Shown: positions 35,601-40,692 of the stretch, one piece after another | Position numbering within the stretch: position 1 is the first letter of the stretch | How the letters are laid out: each line of letters begins with the position of its first letter | The notes under the pieces: model-generated | What the model saw: only the letters and a program-made list of their open reading frames with translations | The model's database searches: none | Told to the model about the DNA's origin: nothing | Made by a program: the position numbers and the translations under genes | Source: Ignavibacteriales bacterium | GTDB lineage: Bacteria > Bacteroidota > Ignavibacteria > UBA10030 > UBA6906 | Length of the DNA stretch: 40,692 nucleotides | Assembly: GCA_037441705.1 (NCBI GenBank) | Contig: JBBIRR010000036.1 | Location: 1 to 40,692, forward strand | Reading direction: 5' to 3'

Positions 35601-37630
35601 TACCTCCGGATAGCGTCGGCGTAACGCTGGCAGATGTGTACAACGGCAACACGAGGTATCTTCTGAACAATAGAAACCTCAGACCGACACTTCATCTTGA
35701 CTCGCTCCTAGTGTCCTGGAACGGAAGAAGCCAGGTGGGCCTGCACACGCTTGTTGCTTCGCTCGACCCGACGAACTCGATCGAAGAGGTGAGTGAGCTG
35801 AACAACATTGCCTCCGGCGATCAGTATGTGTACACGAACAACGTCTACGTTGTTCGGCCGTTGAACAACATGCTCGTGCCGCCGGGTGCGCAGCGGCTCG
35901 TTGCGACGAGTCCCATTGGCTACGATTCGTCGGGATTCAGCTATTATTTTGAACTGGACACGGTCGCGACGTTCGACTCGCCGGCGCTGGTGGTGTCGGG
36001 CCCTGTTGTCCCCGACAATGCCAAAGGAGAATGGCTCACGCCGTCGCTGCCTGCGGAGCTCTTGTACTTCTGGCGTGTGCGCACGCTGCACAAGCAGCTC
36101 GCCGGCAACTGGGTGACGTCGGCGTTTACGACCTCGTCGGACCTTCCGGCGGCATCGCATCCATCTGCGTTCAAGGCTCGCGTGCGAGAGCGCTCCGTGA
36201 AGCAGTTTGTTCGCGACCGGAACATCAACACGCTGCCGTCGGATTCGGGCGTGACGATTGCTCCAACCGCGCCGCTGACCATGTATGTCCGCTCGGTCGG
36301 TTTCCGCTACAACCAAACGCTGGAGTATTACAGTACGGTGAAGGCGAACGCGCAATACGCTATCGGTTTCTGGTGGGAGTTGGGTTCGAGTTTCATGGTG
36401 ATGCGCGTGAACGATTTCACCGGCAGCTTTACCTTCAAGAGTTTCAACGTCCAATCGAACCCTGCCCTTTCGGACAGCATGGCGGATTTCATTCGGGCAA
36501 CGCCGGTGGGCAACTATATCGGCATCGCGGTGATCTTTGACGGGCAGACCAACGTCGGCGAGCCGTTGAAGCAAGTGATGGACACGCTTGGCGCTACGCT
36601 CTTTCGTTCGATTGTCTACGGTCAATCATATGCCTTCCTCGGAAGAAAAGGCAACGGCGTTCCGGGCATGACGGCGTTGGAACGACTGACCAATGACACG
36701 GCCGTCGTCAATCTGACCGTCCCCAACTACTACTCGCTCGGCTCAGGCTCGATCACGTCAGCGGCGATGCCGATTGCGGCGTCGTGGGATTCGCTGCACT
36801 GGCGCAGTGGTGGGGAGGTAGGCGTAACGGACATTCGTCTGGCGCTGCTGGGCGTGCGAACGACGGGAGCCCTCGACACACTGCGGATCTTTCCGCGCGA
36901 TTCTGCCGATGTGAGTCTTGCCTGGCTCGATTCGATCACCGCGGGTACAACCTACAACGGGGTGAACACCGCCGTCCTGCTTTCGACATCGGATGCGAAC
37001 TACACACCGCGGCTGACGGAATGGTGGATGGATATGGAGCCGCCCGCCGATCTCGCCGTGAGTGCGCGGACGTTAGGGCAGACGCAATCGGCCGTGTATC
37101 CCTTCCCGATCACAGTATACAACATCGGCTACCGAACGAGCGATAGTGTATCGGTGAAGGTGTATGCGCTCGATCGCAGCAACAACGGTCGTCTCATCGC
37201 CGAGACGGTGTTGGATTCCATCCCCGTCGAGGGGAGCCGAACGGCCACCGTTCCGATTTCCACGGTCGGCTTCGGCTATCGGACGCTCCTGCAAGTAGTG
37301 GTTCGTTCGCTGCGCGGGCGGATGGATCTTGTTCCGGAAAACAACGTCGCCTATTACACATTGTACAAGAGTGGCATCGGCCCGCCGAAGTTTCTCGTGT
37401 ACAACGACGGTAAGCTGCTGATGGACGGCGATTATGTTCGGCCGAACCCGACCATCGTCGTGAAGGTGCCTGCCGGGGAATCGACCCCTGCAGCGGCGCG
37501 CATGGACCTCTTTGTGAACGATGCGCCGGTGGAGCATGCAACGGCCCTGTTGTCGAAATCGGTCGGGGGCAAAAGCTCAACGGTGGAAGAGACATTCATG
37601 CCGTCTCTTTCGAGGGCACACATGCGCTGA
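32606..37630 (+). CDS. C25-family (gingipain/PorU-like) cysteine peptidase, large multidomain; truncated by a frameshift before the secretion domain
   Basis: GTG 32606 with SD AGGGGAG; signal peptide; propeptide; ADYIVITH, IYDEFNYG, LLFGDA, IGRIP, FTGHSG (His), SVTCN (Cys), LIGDP; CARDB-like (IEEVSELNN), ILEI-like (SYAFLGRKG). Confidence 0.85.
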   Translation: MKLLAACVVLAMHIVPAPAAIAGEREGTHSAFSLIAQSAQGWEIRYVPRPRRMTTVEIDGRTYLRFVDPGTMHEQDDATGKPSLPADALTLGIPFGAQLTAELVDVEFSDAENIHLASHPAYEFTQDNDAIEVFQKDPRVYALNAYFPASLLEVGKPFTLREQHLAVVRIHPYQYNPAAATLRRIVRATLRVRVAAPQASMAQMSSAAGDPFFEDTYKSLVWNYDQAKQWRRAIRDHGKRGDDPDPTRDWFETGRTYFKIPIARDGWYKVTRADLLAAGADLTSLDISTIKLFAKGIQVPIVVRPDTTIEFYAYRQYGDSTFFDFYTDTSAYWLTWGGTTGMRFGPSTSTGVPSAAIISAPHTLHVEQNWSYFYGASELTSEIVDINTVPGEAWYWRWFNVNNQFDFSFILDSLDASVPTCSLRVRLWGTSYFNPPGPHRARFWLNDSLIGDLDFNQRQAALLNVALPARWFREGTNTLRVRNLDLGQGNTRFYLDWFEIDDQRMLSAVDNQLLFVGTNPSGMNPVEFVVKGFSTPEIEVYDLTNARALGGVVISGDSTSGYTATFRDSVTAPRTYIAVARPGALPVLSLRQKMFADIRVNATGADYIVITHRNFMAQANQLAAHRQTTNGVRTRVIDVEDIYDEFNYGIFSAIPIKTFLRYAFAHWPSPSPAFVLLFGDASNDFHKYYGASSIKSNFVPAYGFPTADNWYACFDSTYPFLPSLVIGRIPSENVAQAQIAVNKAIGFDAHSIAEWNKRFLYITGGVTLSEQAAFNFLAENSINTYITPPPFGGTPVRVYKSTPGYVDGENKQKLKQIIRDGVSFISFTGHSGGRIWGVDAGHPNEMENTNGRLPFISSVTCNVGGFATPFNSVLAEDFLFADNRGAIASWASSWVGYATYGAALTNYWLAHATQDSVRELGKLCTNACIRLWIETGSGYVTIAMVNLNPLIGDPLSRFAVPRKPELAIAPDDISLNTPYPTPNDSILTIRLNIHNYGLVPPDSVGVTLADVYNGNTRYLLNNRNLRPTLHLDSLLVSWNGRSQVGLHTLVASLDPTNSIEEVSELNNIASGDQYVYTNNVYVVRPLNNMLVPPGAQRLVATSPIGYDSSGFSYYFELDTVATFDSPALVVSGPVVPDNAKGEWLTPSLPAELLYFWRVRTLHKQLAGNWVTSAFTTSSDLPAASHPSAFKARVRERSVKQFVRDRNINTLPSDSGVTIAPTAPLTMYVRSVGFRYNQTLEYYSTVKANAQYAIGFWWELGSSFMVMRVNDFTGSFTFKSFNVQSNPALSDSMADFIRATPVGNYIGIAVIFDGQTNVGEPLKQVMDTLGATLFRSIVYGQSYAFLGRKGNGVPGMTALERLTNDTAVVNLTVPNYYSLGSGSITSAAMPIAASWDSLHWRSGGEVGVTDIRLALLGVRTTGALDTLRIFPRDSADVSLAWLDSITAGTTYNGVNTAVLLSTSDANYTPRLTEWWMDMEPPADLAVSARTLGQTQSAVYPFPITVYNIGYRTSDSVSVKVYALDRSNNGRLIAETVLDSIPVEGSRTATVPISTVGFGYRTLLQVVVRSLRGRMDLVPENNVAYYTLYKSGIGPPKFLVYNDGKLLMDGDYVRPNPTIVVKVPAGESTPAAARMDLFVNDAPVEHATALLSKSVGGKSSTVEETFMPSLSRAHMR

Positions 37631-38016
37631 AGTTTCGTCTCACCGTGCTGAGCGAGCGGGGAATTGTCGATACCCTCGAGCATACGCTGAACGTTCAGGT
37701 ATCGGAAGAAACCAAGATTGTGGAAACCTACACGTATCCGAATCCTTTTCCGAGGGATACGTATTTCATGTTCGTGCTCGCCGGCGCCGCTGTGCCCGAA
37801 GAGATGCGCATCAGGATTTATACCGTAGCGGGCCGGAAGATTCGAGACATTGAATTGCCGGGAAGTTCTTTGCACATTGGTTTCAACCAGGTGTATTGGG
37901 ACGGACGAGACGACGATGGAGATGAGATTGCCAACGGCTACTATTTCTACGAGGTAATGGTCAAGCAGGGCGGCAAGACCCACGCGGCAGTGCAGAAGCT
38001 GGTCAAGTTGAGATAA
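37612..38016 (+). pseudogene. frameshifted C-terminal part of the C25 gene: FlgD-Ig/T9SS-type sorting domain
   Basis: -1 frame continues EGTHALKFRLTV...YTYPNPF...IRIYTVAGRKIR...WDGRDDDGDEIANGYYFY...KLVKLR; no signal peptide or convincing independent start. Confidence 0.75.
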
Positions 38017-38062
38017 GAAAGAAAAGAGTTGTTGTGTGTATTTAGAGAAAAAGGGTAGAACC

Positions 38063-40692
38063 ATGAAACGGCTACTCTCTCTCGTCATGTTGGTCGCTGC
38101 AGGCTATGCAACGCTTCTCGCGGCGAGTGCGGTGGAAGGATCACGCAAGAACGTTCGCATCGTTTCTCAAACCTTCGATCAATGGGTGATTGAGTACGCG
38201 CCTGAAGCTTTTCCGTACACGTTCATTGATATCGGCGGACGCCCGCATATTCTGTTTTCGAGCGCTGCAAATCTTGATGGAGGGGCCGATCATGCAGGCG
38301 AGCCTCTGCTTCCGATTGATGTCGTAACGCTCGGCATCCCGCCCAGCACAGCGCTTCGCGCGGAACTCGTTGACCCGGTCTACGAGACAATCTCCGATCA
38401 ACTGGTTGCGCCTGTGCCAACATACAGATTGAACGACGATCAGGAAATCGTTACGGAATACATCCCGAACGCAGGTGCTTACAGCCAGAACAGATTCTTC
38501 CCAACGAAGGAACTGATCACCGACCCGCCAGCGTTGCTGCGCGATCAATGGATTGCGTCGGTGCGGATGAGTCCCTACAGATACAACCCGGCAACGAAGG
38601 TGCTGCGAAGACTCGTTCGCGCAACACTCAAGATTCGCCTGACTTCCACCACCGATGCGCCGCCGCAGATTCAACCGACGGTTCCTGTGCGCGATCCTCT
38701 TTTTGAAAGCACGTATGAAGGAACGATCCTGAACTACGAACAAGCGCGGGAATGGCGAGTTGGAACAGCACAAGCGCAATCCCGCCCGAGCACGGACCCG
38801 ACGCGCGATTGGTTTGAGACGGGAAAGGATTACTACAAAATCCCCGTGGCGGAGGATGGGTGGTACAAAGTGACGAAAGCACAACTCGTGGCTGCCGGCG
38901 CAATTCCATCGCAGATCGATGTGCCGACGATGAAGATGTTCTACCGCGGCGCACAAATCCCGATTGTCGTGCGACCCGATACCAGTGTGGAGTTTTACGG
39001 CGTACGCAATGCCGGCGACTCGACATACACCGATTTCTTCACGGACACAAGCGCCTACTGGCTGACGTGGGGCGGAACGCCGGGCATGCGATTCACACCC
39101 ACGCTTGTCGATTCGGTCCCGCCGGTTTCAGCCGCAGCCTCGGCAACGGTGACGAGGCATTTCGAGAAGAATGAATGGTACTTCCAGGGCACAACGGCGG
39201 CCGATATCATCAATATCGAAACTGTGCCCGGTGAAGGATGGGCATGGGGCACGGCAAATGAGTGGTTCTTCCCGGGAGCAACGCGCGAGTTTGAGTTTAC
39301 GCTCGACAACGTCGATACGACGACGGCCGCGCAGGCAACCATGCGCATTCGTCTCGTGAGCACGACGTTGAACTACACGACGCCCAACCATCATGCTCGC
39401 TTCTGGCTCCTGGATTCGACTTCGTCCTTCGGTGCGATGGACCCCTGGCCGTTGGGCGAGGTGACATTTGCGGGCCGGACAAGCGTCGTGTACACCGTGT
39501 CGTTTCCGCGCGAGTATCTGAAGAACGGACGAAACGTTCTCCGCATTCAATCCATCAACACGGGCGCATCACCCAACCAGTTTTATCTCGATTGGTTTGA
39601 GGTGGATTATGTACGGAACTTGCGTCCGCAGAACAACCAGCTCACGTTTCCTATCGCGGCGCAGATGCCGGCGGCACGCACAATCTTTCGGGCTTCCGGG
39701 TTTACCGCGCCGCAGATCGAAGTGTTCGATCTTGCCACACGACGCGCGATCACCAGCGTCCAGATCACGCCCGTTGGAGGCGAGTACGAGATCGCCTTTC
39801 GCGATTCGGTGACAGGCCCGCGGCTGTACGCCGTTGTTGCCGAAGGCGGCGCTCGACAGGTTCCGTACGTGAAGCGCAAGAGGTTTTCGGATATTCGCGT
39901 CAATCCTCAGGGTGCCGATTATCTCGTGATCGCGCATCGAGATTTTCTTGTCGCTGCGCAGCAGTTGGCGGCACATCGGCAGGCCGTCAACGGCGTGCGC
40001 ACAAAGGTGATCGACGTGGAGGAGATTTATGACGAATTCAACTACGGCATCATGAACGGAACGAAGCTGAAGGCGTTCATCAAACATGCGTACGACTTCT
40101 GGCCCGCACCGCGACCCACGTACCTTCTCCTCTTCGGTGATGCATGCTGGGACTACCATCGCTTCTACGCAACCTCCATCAACACCAATTACGTCCCGTC
40201 GTATGGGGTGCCGGTGACCGACAACTGGTTTGTCACATTCAATCCCGATACAAGCGCATTGCCTGCCATGCTTGTCGGGCGGCTGCCGGTAAGAACCTCT
40301 CATGAGGCAAGGCAGACGGTGCTGAAAATCATCGGATACGACAACTACCAGCTTGCGGAATGGAACAAGAACTTTCTGTTCATCACCGGCGGGAATGATC
40401 CCGGAGAGCAATCCCTCTTCAACGCATACTCGGAGTTCATGATCAGTACAAAAATTCTTCCGGCGCCCATCGGCGGAACGAGCTTCCGCGTGTACAAGAA
40501 CACACGCGGTGCTATCGACGGCGAGCATAAGGCACGGCTGAAAGAGTTGGTGCGCAACGGCCTCGCGTTCATGAACTTCATCGGCCACTCGGGCGGAAGA
40601 ATCTGGGGTGTGGATATCGGCCCGCCGGGTGAACTGGAGAACACCGACGGGAAACTGCCGTTTGTTGCGTCGACGAGCTGCAACGTGGGCGG
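38063..40692 (+). CDS. second C25-family cysteine peptidase (paralog), 3'-partial
   Basis: ATG 38063 MKRLLSLVMLVAAG... signal peptide; same frame at the window end; DPTRDWFETG, ADYLVIAH, IYDEFNYG, FIGHSGGRIWG, STSCNVG; absent from the ORF track because it has no stop in the window. Confidence 0.88.
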   Translation, partial: MKRLLSLVMLVAAGYATLLAASAVEGSRKNVRIVSQTFDQWVIEYAPEAFPYTFIDIGGRPHILFSSAANLDGGADHAGEPLLPIDVVTLGIPPSTALRAELVDPVYETISDQLVAPVPTYRLNDDQEIVTEYIPNAGAYSQNRFFPTKELITDPPALLRDQWIASVRMSPYRYNPATKVLRRLVRATLKIRLTSTTDAPPQIQPTVPVRDPLFESTYEGTILNYEQAREWRVGTAQAQSRPSTDPTRDWFETGKDYYKIPVAEDGWYKVTKAQLVAAGAIPSQIDVPTMKMFYRGAQIPIVVRPDTSVEFYGVRNAGDSTYTDFFTDTSAYWLTWGGTPGMRFTPTLVDSVPPVSAAASATVTRHFEKNEWYFQGTTAADIINIETVPGEGWAWGTANEWFFPGATREFEFTLDNVDTTTAAQATMRIRLVSTTLNYTTPNHHARFWLLDSTSSFGAMDPWPLGEVTFAGRTSVVYTVSFPREYLKNGRNVLRIQSINTGASPNQFYLDWFEVDYVRNLRPQNNQLTFPIAAQMPAARTIFRASGFTAPQIEVFDLATRRAITSVQITPVGGEYEIAFRDSVTGPRLYAVVAEGGARQVPYVKRKRFSDIRVNPQGADYLVIAHRDFLVAAQQLAAHRQAVNGVRTKVIDVEEIYDEFNYGIMNGTKLKAFIKHAYDFWPAPRPTYLLLFGDACWDYHRFYATSINTNYVPSYGVPVTDNWFVTFNPDTSALPAMLVGRLPVRTSHEARQTVLKIIGYDNYQLAEWNKNFLFITGGNDPGEQSLFNAYSEFMISTKILPAPIGGTSFRVYKNTRGAIDGEHKARLKELVRNGLAFMNFIGHSGGRIWGVDIGPPGELENTDGKLPFVASTSCNVG

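Noticed and set aside
37600-37630. Programmed -1 ribosomal frameshift or phase variation in the C25 gene
   Set aside because: No X XXY YYZ slippery site, homopolymer tract or obvious stimulatory structure

Overview
Core-chromosome segment of a moderately GC-rich diderm bacterium, most likely in the FCB group (Ignavibacteria/Chlorobi-like). This is inferred from T9SS-type C25 peptidases and LolCDE together with canonical TTGACA/TATAxT promoters and AGGAGG ribosome-binding sites. Gene order: rluE; a MarR (MhqR-like) stress operon with a palindromic operator (muconolactone-isomerase-like, YceI, CatE-like dioxygenase); Uma2; aspS; an orphan MNT nucleotidyltransferase; an archaeal-type HMG-CoA synthase/thiolase/DUF35 triad followed by a ~150-bp inverted-repeat element; a split AtuA with a 53-aa basic ORF between its halves; prfB with its programmed +1 frameshift; lolC/lolE/lolD; a candidate ~80-nt sRNA with C-rich loops; DUF3098; tRNA-Lys and tRNA-Leu; a CMD-like gene; a monocistronic secreted protein ending in TWGSIKAMFR; maf; a B12-binding mutase subunit; csp; a family-B DNA polymerase; slipin/nfeD; tRNA-Ser; and a surface-glycan operon that overlaps into two tandem gingipain/PorU-like C25 peptidases. 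The first peptidase is frameshifted just before its secretion domain, and the second runs off the window end. No transposase, integrase, prophage or CRISPR array was seen. The best candidates for undescribed biology are the C-rich-loop sRNA, the archaeal-type thiolase/HMGS module with AtuA, the TWGxIK C-terminal motif protein, and the glycan-operon/C25 coupling. All family calls come from motif recognition by eye; no database searches were run.
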